Assembly (NCBI GenBank): GCA_041496385.1
Contig: JBGQEL010000017.1
Location: 1 to 61,312 of the forward strand
Length of the DNA stretch: 61,312 nucleotides
From: Candidatus Methylomirabilia bacterium
GTDB lineage: Bacteria; Methylomirabilota; Methylomirabilia; Rokubacteriales; CSP1-6
Reading direction: 5' to 3'
Shown here: positions 45,242 through 54,631 of the stretch, in pieces
Numbering within the stretch: the first letter of the stretch is position 1
Layout of the letters: every line of letters begins with the position of its first letter
Made by a program: the position numbers and the translations under genes
Notes under the pieces: model-generated
Seen by the model: the letters and a program-made list of their open reading frames with translations, nothing else
Told to the model about the DNA's origin: nothing
Databases searched by the model: none

Positions 45242-46579
45242 CTAGCTGCCCGCCACCACCATGCGGCCGACCTTGAGGGTCGGCGACACCGTGCGATCGC
45301 GAAGCGCGAGGTCGCTCGCAACACCCTCGATCGCCGCGAAGATCTCGAGCAGGTTGCCCGCCACCGTGACCTCCTCCACCGGAAAGGCCAGCGCGCCGTT
45401 CTCGATCCACTGCCCCACGGCGCCCCTGGAATAGTCGCCGGTCACGCCGTTGACGCCGAACCCGATCAGCTCGGTCACGTAGAACCCCTGCTTCACCGAG
45501 GCGATCAGCTCTTCGGGCGTCTCGCGTCCCGGCAGGAGCATGAGGTTCGAGGTCCCCACCGACACGCCGCTGCCGTCCCGCGTCGCGTGGTGCGTGGACG
45601 CGAGACCGAGCTTGCGCGCGCTGTAGGAGTCGAGCAGGTACGACTGGAGAACGCCCTCGTCCACCAGGACGGTCCGGCGGGTCGCGAGCCCCTCCCCGTC
45701 GAACGGGCGCGAGCCGAGCCCGCCCGGGATCAGCGGGTCGTCCACGATCGTCACGAGCGGCGAGGCGATCTTGTCGCCGAGCCGGTCGAGCAGGAAGGAC
45801 GCGCGGCGGTAGAGGCTGGGTCCGCTGGCGGCCGACGCGATCGAGCGGACGAGGCTCGCCGCCGTCTCCGGATCGAAGATCACGGGCACCTCGGTGGTCT
45901 TGACCTTCCGCGCGCCGAGCCGCCGCAGCGCGCGCCGCGCCGCCACCCGCCCGACGGCCGCGTGCGCCTCCACGCGCGCGCGCTTGCGCGCGGTCGAGTA
46001 CCAGTAGTCCCGCTGCATCTCGCCGTTCTGTGCGGCCACCGGCGATACGCTGACGCCGAAGCTCGTCGTCGCGTAGCCCTGCGCGAACCCGTGGGAGGTC
46101 GCGTACGCGTAGCGCGTCCGGCGATCGTGATACTCGGCGCCCTCGGAATTGGTGATCCGCGGATCGCTCTCGAGTGCGGCCGCCTCGCAGGCGCGCGCGA
46201 GCTCGATCTTCCGCTCGGGCGTGAGCTCGTCCCCACCCGCGTCCTCGAGGTCGAGGTCGGGCGCCCGCCCGATTAGCTCGGCCGGGTCCGGCAGGCCGGC
46301 GTGCGGGTCCTCGGCGGTGACCTTGGCGAGCATGGTCGCCTCGTCGACGAGGCGCTCGAGCGAGTCGCGCGAGAAGTCCGAGGTCGAGGCCGCCGCTGCG
46401 GCCCGCCCGGAGAAGACCCGGAGGGAGAGCCGCTGGTCGCGCGCGTGGGTGACGGTCTCGACCTCGCCCATCCGGACCGACGCGCTTCCCTGACTCTCCT
46501 CGATGACGAACCCGTCGGCGGCGCTCGCGCCGCGCTCGATCGCGCGCTTCAGCACGGAGACCAGCAGGTCCGTCTTCAA
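45242..46579 (-). CDS. pmbA: Metalloprotease subunit PmbA/TldE
   Basis: ITNSEGA, MQRDYW, SRPFDGEG, TGDYSRGA, EEVTVAGNL. Confidence 0.9.
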   Translation of the reverse strand: MKTDLLVSVLKRAIERGASAADGFVIEESQGSASVRMGEVETVTHARDQRLSLRVFSGRAAAAASTSDFSRDSLERLVDEATMLAKVTAEDPHAGLPDPAELIGRAPDLDLEDAGGDELTPERKIELARACEAAALESDPRITNSEGAEYHDRRTRYAYATSHGFAQGYATTSFGVSVSPVAAQNGEMQRDYWYSTARKRARVEAHAAVGRVAARRALRRLGARKVKTTEVPVIFDPETAASLVRSIASAASGPSLYRRASFLLDRLGDKIASPLVTIVDDPLIPGGLGSRPFDGEGLATRRTVLVDEGVLQSYLLDSYSARKLGLASTHHATRDGSGVSVGTSNLMLLPGRETPEELIASVKQGFYVTELIGFGVNGVTGDYSRGAVGQWIENGALAFPVEEVTVAGNLLEIFAAIEGVASDLALRDRTVSPTLKVGRMVVAGS

Positions 46580-48024
46580 ACCGCCGTCCCGCCCACGGTC
46601 ATCTCGTCGATGCGGATCGTGGGAAGCCCGACGCCCACCGGCACGGACTGGCCGTCCTTGCCGCAGGTGCCCACGCCCTCGTCCAGCGCCAGGTCGCGAC
46701 CGACGCGCGAGATGCGCGTCAGCGCCTCGGGCCCGTTGCCGATGAGCGTCGCGCCCCTGACCGGCGCGCCCACGCGTCCGTCCTCGATGAGATAGGCCTC
46801 GCTGGCCGTGAAGACGAACTTGCCGCTCGTGATGTCCACCTGGCCGCCGCCGAAGGTCACGGCGTAGAGCCCGCGCCGGACCGAGCCGAGGATGTCCTTG
46901 GGATCTTCCTCGCCGGCGAGCATGAAGGTGTTGGTCATGCGCGGCATCGGCGGGTGCGCGTACGACTCGCGCCGCCCGTTGCCGGTCGGCGTCATCCCCA
47001 TGAGCCGCGCGTTGAGCCGGTCCTGCATGTAGCCCGTGAGGATCCCCTTCTCGATCAGCGTCGTGCGCCCGGTCGGCGTGCCCTCGTCGTCCACGTTCAG
47101 CGAGCCGCGCCGGTTCGCGATCGTGCCGTCGTCGACGACCGTCACCAGCGGGGAGGCGACCCTCTGGCCCAGGCGCCCGGCGAAGGCCGACGTGCCCTTG
47201 CGGTTGAAGTCGCCCTCCAGCCCGTGGCCGACGGCCTCGTGGAGCAGGATGCCGGGCCAGCCCGGCCCGAGCACGACCGTCATCGCCCCCGCGGGCGCCT
47301 CGACGGCGCGGAGCTTGAGCACCGCCTGGCGCGCGGCCTCGACGGCGAAGCGGCGCCAGCGGTCCTCCTCGAGGAAGAAATCGAACGCCACGCGGCCGCC
47401 GCCGCCGTAAGAGCCGATCTCGCGCTTGCCGCTTTCCTCGGCGATCGCGGTGACGTTGAGCCGCGTGAGCGGGCGGATGTCGCCCACCGTCCAGCCCGAG
47501 GCCGTCGCCACCAGCATGACGACCTCCTCGCTCGAGAGCGACGCGATCACCTGCCTGACGCGCGGGTCCGCCGCGCGGCAGGCCGCGTCCACCTTCCGGA
47601 GGAGCTCGAGCTTTCCGGCGAGCTCGGTGACGATCGGGGTCTCGGCGAGCGAGTAGAGATCGTGGGGCCTGCCCCGCGAGGGCACGGCCACCGTCGCGGA
47701 CGTGCCTGCGCGGTCGGCGATCGCGCGCGCCTGGCGCGCGGCCTCCTCGAGGTTCTGGATGGAGATGTCGTCGGTGTGCGCGTAGCCGGTCCGCGTGCCC
47801 GAGAGCGCCCTGACCCCCGCCCCCTGAGTCACGTGTCGAGAGGCCTTTTTTACCATCCCTTCCTCGAGTTGCAGATCTTCGTTGATACAGTACTCGAGGT
47901 AGACATCGGCGTCGTCCACGCGCCCGAGCAGGCTCCCGCCAAGGACCTTCTCGAGGAGGGGCGCGGTGACGTTGAACCGGTCGGCGAAGAAGCTTTCGGG
48001 ACGGGCGCGGACAAGGTCTTTCAT
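46576..48024 (-). CDS. tldD: Metalloprotease TldD
   Basis: Start ATG 48024. GPGWPGILLHEAVGHGLEGDFNRKG, TGNGRRES, PRMTNT, TCGKDGQSVPVGVG. Confidence 0.94.
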   Translation of the reverse strand: MKDLVRARPESFFADRFNVTAPLLEKVLGGSLLGRVDDADVYLEYCINEDLQLEEGMVKKASRHVTQGAGVRALSGTRTGYAHTDDISIQNLEEAARQARAIADRAGTSATVAVPSRGRPHDLYSLAETPIVTELAGKLELLRKVDAACRAADPRVRQVIASLSSEEVVMLVATASGWTVGDIRPLTRLNVTAIAEESGKREIGSYGGGGRVAFDFFLEEDRWRRFAVEAARQAVLKLRAVEAPAGAMTVVLGPGWPGILLHEAVGHGLEGDFNRKGTSAFAGRLGQRVASPLVTVVDDGTIANRRGSLNVDDEGTPTGRTTLIEKGILTGYMQDRLNARLMGMTPTGNGRRESYAHPPMPRMTNTFMLAGEEDPKDILGSVRRGLYAVTFGGGQVDITSGKFVFTASEAYLIEDGRVGAPVRGATLIGNGPEALTRISRVGRDLALDEGVGTCGKDGQSVPVGVGLPTIRIDEMTVGGTAV

Positions 48025-48125
48025 TGGTCTCAAGGCCCCCGGGGTCCGGGGAGCCCCAATGCTAGCGCGTGGCCGTTCCCGCCCCAAACTTTTCTGGTGG
48101 ATAGATTGTACCCAGTCGCGAAGGC

Positions 48126-48929
48126 CTAGCGGGCCGCCTGAACCCCCTGAATGATCTCGTGGATTCGACGCAATCCGAGCATCAGCGATGGGCCGGGTAC
48201 CAGGATGTCCGCGCCGTCGATCTCGTGGATCGCGCCGCGCCGCACCGCCGCGACGGCCTCCCAGCCCGGGCGTGCCGCGATCTGCGCCACGTCCACGGGC
48301 TTGCCGCACCACGACGCGAGGATGATCTCCGGATCGCGCGCGATCACGGCCGCGGGCGTCACGACGCGCCCCGGCGCCGCGTGCTGCAGGCGCAGCTCGT
48401 CGAAGACGTCGCGCCCGCCCGCGATCTCGATCAGCTCCGAGACCCAGCGGATGCCGGCAATGAGCGGGTCGTGCCACTCCTCGAAGTAGACGCGCGGCCG
48501 GTCGGGCCACACCGACGAGTACTCGCGGATCTGCTTCACCTCGTCGCTCATGTCCTGGACGAGCGTGCGCGCCGCCTCGGCGCACCCGAGCGCGCCGCCG
48601 ATCACGAGGATGGCGCGCTGGACGTCGTCGAGCGAGCGCTGGTTGGTGCAGAGCACCGCGACGCCGGCGCCGACCAGGTCGCGCACGACGTCCTTCTGGA
48701 GATCCGAGAACGCGAGCACCAGGTCGGGCTCGAGCGCCAGGATCTTCTCGAGGCGAAAGCTGGTGAAGCCGCCCACGCGGGCCTTGTCGCGCACCGCCTC
48801 GGGCCGGCGCGCCGTCCCGGGAACCCCGACGACGCGCTCACCCGCGCCCACCAGGTACGCGATCTCGGCGGTCTCCGCGGTCAGGCAGACGACGCGACGG
48901 GGAAAAGAAGCGCCCGCCTTGCCGTACAC
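48126..48929 (-). CDS. BtuF/TroA-like cobalamin/metal-chelate-binding protein, no signal peptide
   Basis: RVVCL..E..VVGV, EKILALEPDLV, YFEEW, PEIILASWCG, PGP. Confidence 0.8.
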   Translation of the reverse strand: MYGKAGASFPRRVVCLTAETAEIAYLVGAGERVVGVPGTARRPEAVRDKARVGGFTSFRLEKILALEPDLVLAFSDLQKDVVRDLVGAGVAVLCTNQRSLDDVQRAILVIGGALGCAEAARTLVQDMSDEVKQIREYSSVWPDRPRVYFEEWHDPLIAGIRWVSELIEIAGGRDVFDELRLQHAAPGRVVTPAAVIARDPEIILASWCGKPVDVAQIAARPGWEAVAAVRRGAIHEIDGADILVPGPSLMLGLRRIHEIIQGVQAAR

Positions 48930-48930
48930 C

Positions 48931-50259
48931 CTACCCTTCGTAGACCTCGCGGCCGGCGATGCCGCGCTGGAAGGCCAGGTACTGCTCCCGCGTCATCGGC
49001 GGCTTGTTCGTCCGTACGACCTCGCGCGCGCCCACCGCGCCGTCACCCATCAGATCCACGACCATCGCGGCGAGCGCCTTGGCCGTCACGAGATACGCGA
49101 GCGGCTTGTCGACTATTTCAAAGTCCGCCCCGTGGCCGGTGCCGCGTGCGCCGCCGACGTAGGGATGGAGCACGGGCATCACCTGCGAGAGGTCGCCCAT
49201 GTCCGTCGAGCCGGTGCGGTGGCCGATCTGACGATAGTGCTCGTCGCCCACGAGCGTGGTCGCGTGCTCCTTGAACCGCCGCGCCATCTCCACGTCGCAG
49301 GTCATCGGCATGTACCCCGGCAGCGTCTCGATTTCGACCTTGGCGCCGAGGGCCAGCGCCCCGGCGCGGAACGCCCGGTCGACCTTCTTGTTGGCGTCGA
49401 GAATCGCGTCCATCGTCCGGCCGCGCACGTAGGTCTCGAGCCGCACCTCGCCCGGGATCACGTTCACCTGCGAGCCGCCGTGCGTGATGATCGGGTGGAC
49501 GCGGATCGTGTCGTCGTCCCTGAAGGTCTCGCGCAGCGCGTTGATCGCCATGAGGCCGATGTGCGCCGCGTAGAGCGCGTTGATCCCCATGTGCGGGGCG
49601 CCGCCCGCGTGCGCCGCGCGACCGACGTAGCGCACGGTCTTCACGATACAGCCGTTGTTGGAGGCCGGCACGCCCGCCTTGCCGTCTTCGGTCCGCGAGG
49701 TCGTGTGGATCATCATCGAGAGGTCCACGTCGTCGAAGTGACCCAGGCGCAGCAGCTCGGGCTTGCCGCCGAGGAACTCGAGCTTGCCCGCGCGCGCCTG
49801 CGTGACCCGCCACTCGATGTCGCCGTACTCCTCCGCGGGCACCGCGAAGAAGGCGACGCGCCCGGCCAGGTGCTCGAAGGCCTGGGCGTCCAGCAGCCCC
49901 ATCGCCGCGCCCAGCATCCCGGCGATCTGCGCGTTGTGGCCGCAGGCGTGCGCGGCCCCGGTCGCGGGATCGCCCTCCGGATGCCCGGTGACGACCAGCG
50001 CGTCGAGCTCGCCCAGGACCGCGAACGTGGGTCCGTCGCCCGCGCGCCCCTGCGCGTCGGCGCGGACGCCGGTGAGCGCCAGGCCCGCGCGCGGCGCCAG
50101 GCCGAGCTTCTTGAACGTCTCCTCGACCAGCCGCGAGGTCTTCACTTCCTTGAATCCCAGCTCCGGATGGCGCCGGATCTGCTCTCCGAGCCCGATGATC
50201 TCCTCGCCCCGCCGGTCGATCGCCTCCCAGACCCGCTTCCGCAGCTCGTCCCTGGTCAT
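48931..50259 (-). CDS. M20D amidohydrolase (AbgB/ACY1L2-like)
   Basis: HPELGFKE, ELDAL, HACGHN, PAEE, GSTDMGDLS. Confidence 0.88.
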   Translation of the reverse strand: MTRDELRKRVWEAIDRRGEEIIGLGEQIRRHPELGFKEVKTSRLVEETFKKLGLAPRAGLALTGVRADAQGRAGDGPTFAVLGELDALVVTGHPEGDPATGAAHACGHNAQIAGMLGAAMGLLDAQAFEHLAGRVAFFAVPAEEYGDIEWRVTQARAGKLEFLGGKPELLRLGHFDDVDLSMMIHTTSRTEDGKAGVPASNNGCIVKTVRYVGRAAHAGGAPHMGINALYAAHIGLMAINALRETFRDDDTIRVHPIITHGGSQVNVIPGEVRLETYVRGRTMDAILDANKKVDRAFRAGALALGAKVEIETLPGYMPMTCDVEMARRFKEHATTLVGDEHYRQIGHRTGSTDMGDLSQVMPVLHPYVGGARGTGHGADFEIVDKPLAYLVTAKALAAMVVDLMGDGAVGAREVVRTNKPPMTREQYLAFQRGIAGREVYEG

Positions 50260-50323
50260 GTGGCTCCCCTCGGGAAATATCCCGTTCCGGCATACCATAG
50301 TCCGCGAGACCCGGGAGGAAAAC

Positions 50324-51196
50324 ATGGAATTCCACCACGTCATGGAGGCCGCGGGCGTCGTCATCCTGGGCCTCGTCTTCTACTCCTACACGCTCCGATG
50401 GCTCCAGCCGAAGGCAAGCCTCGGCACGCGGTCGCGTCAGGCCGTCACCGGCGTCGCGTTCGGCGTGCTGGCGGTGGTCATGATGGTCTCGCGCATCCAC
50501 GTGGGCGACGGTCACTTCATCGACGCGCGCGCCGTGCCGCTCGCGCTGATCGGGCTCTACGAGGGCTGGCTGGCGGCCCTGCTGGCCGCCCTGGTCGCCG
50601 CCGGCTTCCGGCTCTGGATGGGCGGCGCGGGCCAGGTGGCGGGCGTCGTGGGGATCGCCGTCACCGCGCTGATCGCGGCCCTCGTCCACGCCTGGGCGCG
50701 GCGCACGGGTGGCGTGCGGGCGCGGCACGCGCTGACGCTGGCGGCCGCCGCGTTCGCCGCGACGTTCTTCTCGTTCCTGATCCTGGGCCCGCGTGGCGTG
50801 GCGATGTTCAACGCGCTCGCCCTGCCCTTTCTCGTCATGAGCCTCGTGGGGATCGGCTGCGGCGCCTACCTGTTCCGCGACGTCGTCGAGAGCCGGACGG
50901 CGGAGGAGTCGCGGCGGGAGGCCGGGGAGCTCCGCGCGATCACGCTCCTGGCCCGGGCGGCGGCGCACGAGATCAACAACCCGCTCACGATCGTCATCGG
51001 CGGGATCACGCTCATCGGCAGGCATCTCCCGCCCGAGAGCGAGGACGGCCAGTGGATCAAGCGCGTCAACGACGGCGCCCTGCGCATCAAGGACATCGTG
51101 GCGCACATGAACAACATCACCCAGGTCACGGAGGCGCCGACGGAGGGCGTCCTCCCGCCGATGCTCGACATCAAGAGATCGGGCAAGATCGACTGA
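50324..51196 (+). CDS. 5TMR-LYT (LytS/YhcK) membrane sensor fused to a HisKA phosphoacceptor, no HATPase domain
   Basis: GGAGG plus ATG 50324. IDARAVP..G..GG TM pattern; H-box AHEINNPL; ends about 70 aa after the H-box. Confidence 0.8.
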   Translation: MEFHHVMEAAGVVILGLVFYSYTLRWLQPKASLGTRSRQAVTGVAFGVLAVVMMVSRIHVGDGHFIDARAVPLALIGLYEGWLAALLAALVAAGFRLWMGGAGQVAGVVGIAVTALIAALVHAWARRTGGVRARHALTLAAAAFAATFFSFLILGPRGVAMFNALALPFLVMSLVGIGCGAYLFRDVVESRTAEESRREAGELRAITLLARAAAHEINNPLTIVIGGITLIGRHLPPESEDGQWIKRVNDGALRIKDIVAHMNNITQVTEAPTEGVLPPMLDIKRSGKID

Positions 51197-51205
51197 ACGC
51201 GGGGC

Positions 51206-51735
51206 TCAGCGGAGCCGGACCCGCCGCTGCACGGGAAAGAAGCGGAGGTCCCAGCGCTCCGCCACGAAGCCCCGGAGGCCCTGCGGATATCGCATCATCA
51301 CCAGGACCGCCGGGCCGCCGAGCAGGATCATGTACCACGCGCCGTAGTCCGACAGGAGCTCGCGCAGCAGGAAGAACACCACGGTGCCCACGATGGGTCC
51401 CTCCAGCGTGCCCAGGCCGCCGATCACGACGATGAAGATCGTGTAGGCGGTCCAGTTGATGGAGAAGGCGGCATCGGGCGAGATGCGGAGCAAGTTGAGA
51501 TAGAGGAGCGCGCCCGTGACGCCCGTCCCGAAGGCCGCGATCAGATAGACGGAGAGCTTGGTGCGGAAGACGTTCACGCCGAGGCTCTCCGAGGCCGGCT
51601 CGCTGTCGCGCACCGCCATGAGGCCGAGGCCCACGCGCGAGCGCAGGCAGACGTACACGGCCAGGACGGCACCCACGCCGACGGCGACCGCCACCTCGTA
51701 CGTGACCAGCTCGCGCGTCTCCCGGGCGAGCGGAA
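51206..51735 (-). pseudogene. 5'-truncated branched-chain amino acid ABC permease (LivM C-terminal half)
   Basis: RSRVGLGLMAVRDSE..GVN..K, VVIGGLGTLEGP; N-terminal half absent, butts against the thiO stop; no other liv genes nearby. Confidence 0.7.
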
Positions 51736-51737
51736 CG

Positions 51738-52823
51738 CTACCGTCGCACGAATCGATCGGGGAGGAAATCGCCCACGTCGACGCCGGGCTTGCCCGTCGT
51801 CATCCAACTCGTCATGAGGCGCGCGGTGATCGGCGCGAGCAGGATGCCGTTGCGGTAGTGCCCCGTCGCGAGCCAGAGCCCGTCGATGCCCGGCCACGGG
51901 CCCAGGACGGGCAGGCTGTCCGGCGCCCACGGCCTGAAGCCGCACCACGTGCGCGCGATCGGCAGATCCCGGAGCGACGGCACCAGCTCGATCGCCGCGC
52001 GCAGGAGCGAGCCGATTCCCTCCGCCGTCACGGCGCGCTGGAAGCCCGCGCGCTCCACCGTCGCGCCGATCAGCAGCTCGCCCGACGGCCGCGGGACCAG
52101 ATACGCCTCGCCGTGGATGCAGTGGCTGAGCAGGGGCGGCGTGTGCGCGAGCGCGATCATCTGGCCGCGCCGGGGCTCGATGCGCAGCCCCGCCCCCAGC
52201 GCGGCCGTCAGCTCCGACGTCCAGGCGCCGGCCGCGACCAGCACCGCGTCGCCCTCGACGCGCTCGGTCTCGGTCTGGACGCCGCGCGCGCGGCCGCCCT
52301 CCACCAGCAGGCGCGAGACGTTCGCGCCGACGCGCAACTCGACGCCCACCGCCGCCGCGGCCTGAGCGTAGGCGATCACGAGCCGCTGGTTGTTGAGCCA
52401 GTGGTCGCCCCTGACGAGGATCGCGCGCTGGATCCGCGGCGACAGCGCGGGCTCGAGCGCATGCAGGTCCTTGCCCTCGAGCACCTCGACGCCGAACTCC
52501 GGCACGAGCGCCCAGGCCTCGGGCGCCTGCTCGGTGACGGAAAGCGGATAGAGCGTCCCGCGCGTCACGTGCTCGACGTCGATCCCCGTGCGCTCGCGCA
52601 GCTCGCGCACGACGTCGGGATAGAGCCGCCAGCTCGCGAGCGCGAGCCGTGCGAAGGTCGTCTGCGTGGACTCGCCGAGCGGCGCCAGCAGCCCGGCGGC
52701 GGCGCTGGACGCCTCGGCGCCCGGCGTTCCACGCTCGAACAGGACGACCTCGGCGCCGGCCTTCGCCAGCTCGTAGGCGGTGGCGCAGCCGATGATCCCG
52801 CCACCGACGACGAGGACCCTCAC
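51738..52823 (-). CDS. thiO: Glycine oxidase ThiO
   Basis: GGGIIG, ASSAAAGLL, AAGAW, RGQM, YLVPR, GFRP, GHYRNGILLAP; in the thi operon. Confidence 0.9.
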   Translation of the reverse strand: MRVLVVGGGIIGCATAYELAKAGAEVVLFERGTPGAEASSAAAGLLAPLGESTQTTFARLALASWRLYPDVVRELRERTGIDVEHVTRGTLYPLSVTEQAPEAWALVPEFGVEVLEGKDLHALEPALSPRIQRAILVRGDHWLNNQRLVIAYAQAAAAVGVELRVGANVSRLLVEGGRARGVQTETERVEGDAVLVAAGAWTSELTAALGAGLRIEPRRGQMIALAHTPPLLSHCIHGEAYLVPRPSGELLIGATVERAGFQRAVTAEGIGSLLRAAIELVPSLRDLPIARTWCGFRPWAPDSLPVLGPWPGIDGLWLATGHYRNGILLAPITARLMTSWMTTGKPGVDVGDFLPDRFVRR

Positions 52824-53443
52824 GGCGCCGCCAGCGCTTCCAGCAGACGCCGCGTCGCGTCGGCCGGCGAGTCGGCGGCGAGGATCGCCGAGATCACCAG
52901 GACGCCGCGCGCGCCGGCCCGCCTCACGTCGGCGACGCGCTCGGGCGTGATCCCGCCGACCGCGAGCACCGGGATCCGGACCGCGCCCGCGACGCGCGCG
53001 AGCCTGTCGAGCCCCTGCGGCGGGCCGTACGCGCGCTTCGATGCCGTCTCGTAGACGGGGCCGAAGACCAGCCAGTCCGCGCCGTTCACCTCGGCCTCGA
53101 GCGCCTCGGGGAGCGCGTGGACCGAGGCGCCGATGCGCAGCCGCCCCTCCACAAGGGCGCGGATGTCCTTCACGGGGAGTGACGTGGACGTCCGCTGCAC
53201 GGCGTCGGCGCCGACGGCGAGCGCGACGTCTACCCGATCGTTCACGACGAGGAGCGCCCCCCTGTCCTGCGTGAGACCCCGGAGGCGCCGGCAGAGCCGC
53301 GCGAGCTCGGCCGCACCCAGGTCTTTCTCCCTCACCTGCACGGCCGGCAGTCCGGCCTCGAGGCATTCACCGACGACGGTGACGAGCTCGCGGCCACGCG
53401 TCTGGGTGCGATCCGTGACGAGGGTGAGCCTCAGCTCGTCCAA
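52820..53443 (-). CDS. thiE: Thiamine-phosphate synthase
   Basis: [37 protein letters not shown]. Confidence 0.88.
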   Translation of the reverse strand: MDELRLTLVTDRTQTRGRELVTVVGECLEAGLPAVQVREKDLGAAELARLCRRLRGLTQDRGALLVVNDRVDVALAVGADAVQRTSTSLPVKDIRALVEGRLRIGASVHALPEALEAEVNGADWLVFGPVYETASKRAYGPPQGLDRLARVAGAVRIPVLAVGGITPERVADVRRAGARGVLVISAILAADSPADATRRLLEALAAP

Positions 53444-54210
53444 TCGGGCACGCCCTCGAGCGGCGAGGACGCGGTCGCGTAGAGCTTCTTGCTGATGCGC
53501 CCCGAGCGGAAGGCGAGCCTCCCGGCCTCGACCGCCAGGCGCATCGCGCGCGCCATGTCGACCGCGTCGCGCGCGCCCGCGATCGCCGTGTTCATGAGCA
53601 CGCCGTCGCAGCCCAGCTCCATCGCGATCGTGGCGTCGGAGGCCGTGCCGACGCCGGCGTCCACGATGACCGGCACGGTCACCGACTCGAGGATGATCTT
53701 GATGTTGTACGGGTTGCGAATGCCCAGGCCCGAGCCGATCGGGGCGCCGAGCGGCATCACGCACGCGGCACCCGCGTCCTCCAGCTTCTTGGCGATCACC
53801 GGGTCGTCGTTCGTGTACGGCATGACGGTGAACCCCTCGCGCGCGAGCGTCTTCGTCGCCTCGAGGAGCCCCAGGACGTCGGGAAAGAGCGTCCGCGCGT
53901 CGCCGATGACCTCGAGCTTGACCATCTCGCCGAGCCCCGCCTCGCGCGCCAGGTAGCAGGTGCGCACCGCCTCGTCGGCCGTGTAGCACCCCGCCGTGTT
54001 CGGCAGCAGCGTGTAGCGCGTGGTGTCGAGGTGGTCCAGGATCGACTCGCCCGAGGGCAGGCTCACGCGCCGCAGGGCCACCGTGATGATCTGGGCGCCC
54101 GAGGCCTCGTGCGCGTCCTTCATGACCTGCATCGAGGAGTACTTCCCCGTGCCGACGATGAGCCGCGAGGAGAACTCCTTGCCGCCGAGAACCAGGTTCG
54201 TGTCGCTCAT
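53431..54210 (-). CDS. thiG: Thiazole synthase
   Basis: [41 protein letters not shown]. Confidence 0.95.
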   Translation of the reverse strand: MSDTNLVLGGKEFSSRLIVGTGKYSSMQVMKDAHEASGAQIITVALRRVSLPSGESILDHLDTTRYTLLPNTAGCYTADEAVRTCYLAREAGLGEMVKLEVIGDARTLFPDVLGLLEATKTLAREGFTVMPYTNDDPVIAKKLEDAGAACVMPLGAPIGSGLGIRNPYNIKIILESVTVPVIVDAGVGTASDATIAMELGCDGVLMNTAIAGARDAVDMARAMRLAVEAGRLAFRSGRISKKLYATASSPLEGVPDWTS

Positions 54211-54260
54211 AGCGCTATCCTCCGAGCCTTCTCACCGCTCGCCTCGCGGCGCGACGCCGC

Positions 54261-54470
54261 TCAGCTCGCACTGCCACCACCCATCGGCCGAACGATCTCC
54301 ACCTTGTCGCCCTCCGCCAGCCGCGTCGCCGCGTACATGCTCTTGGGCGTCACCTCGCGGTTGACCGCGACGGCTGTAAACTCGCGCTTCACGCCCAGGT
54401 GCGTCAGGAGCGCGTCCACGCTGAGCCCCTCGGCGACCTCGTGCTCCTTGCCGTTCACCACGATCTTCAT
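54261..54470 (-). CDS. thiS: Sulfur carrier protein ThiS
   Basis: MKIVVNG, AVAVN, GDKVEIV..GGG followed by SAS extension. Confidence 0.9.
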   Translation of the reverse strand: MKIVVNGKEHEVAEGLSVDALLTHLGVKREFTAVAVNREVTPKSMYAATRLAEGDKVEIVRPMGGGSAS

Positions 54471-54506
54471 AAACAAAACGGCCGCCACCCTCGAGGGCGC
54501 GGCCGC
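54471..54506 (-). terminator. Terminator-like expression platform of the TPP riboswitch
   Basis: Minus strand GCGGCCGCGCCCTCGAGGGTGGCGGCCG followed by TTTTGTTT, immediately before the thiS ATG. Confidence 0.65.
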
Positions 54507-54520
54507 GTCGGTCTCTCGCT

Positions 54521-54608
54521 CGCCGTGTTCCCTTCGCTGGGATTATCCAGAGCAGGTTCGAGGGGTCCCGGGCCGCACCCGGTTCTCAGGATTCCTCCCC
54601 CCACGGCG
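54521..54608 (-). ncRNA. TPP riboswitch (THI box)
   Basis: Minus strand ..CTGAGA..ACCC..GAACCTGCTCTGGATAATCCCAGCGAAGGGAA; P1 CGCCGTG/CACGGCG; upstream of thiSGEO. Confidence 0.93.
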
Positions 54609-54631
54609 ACAAGCGGAGTATACCACCGCGC

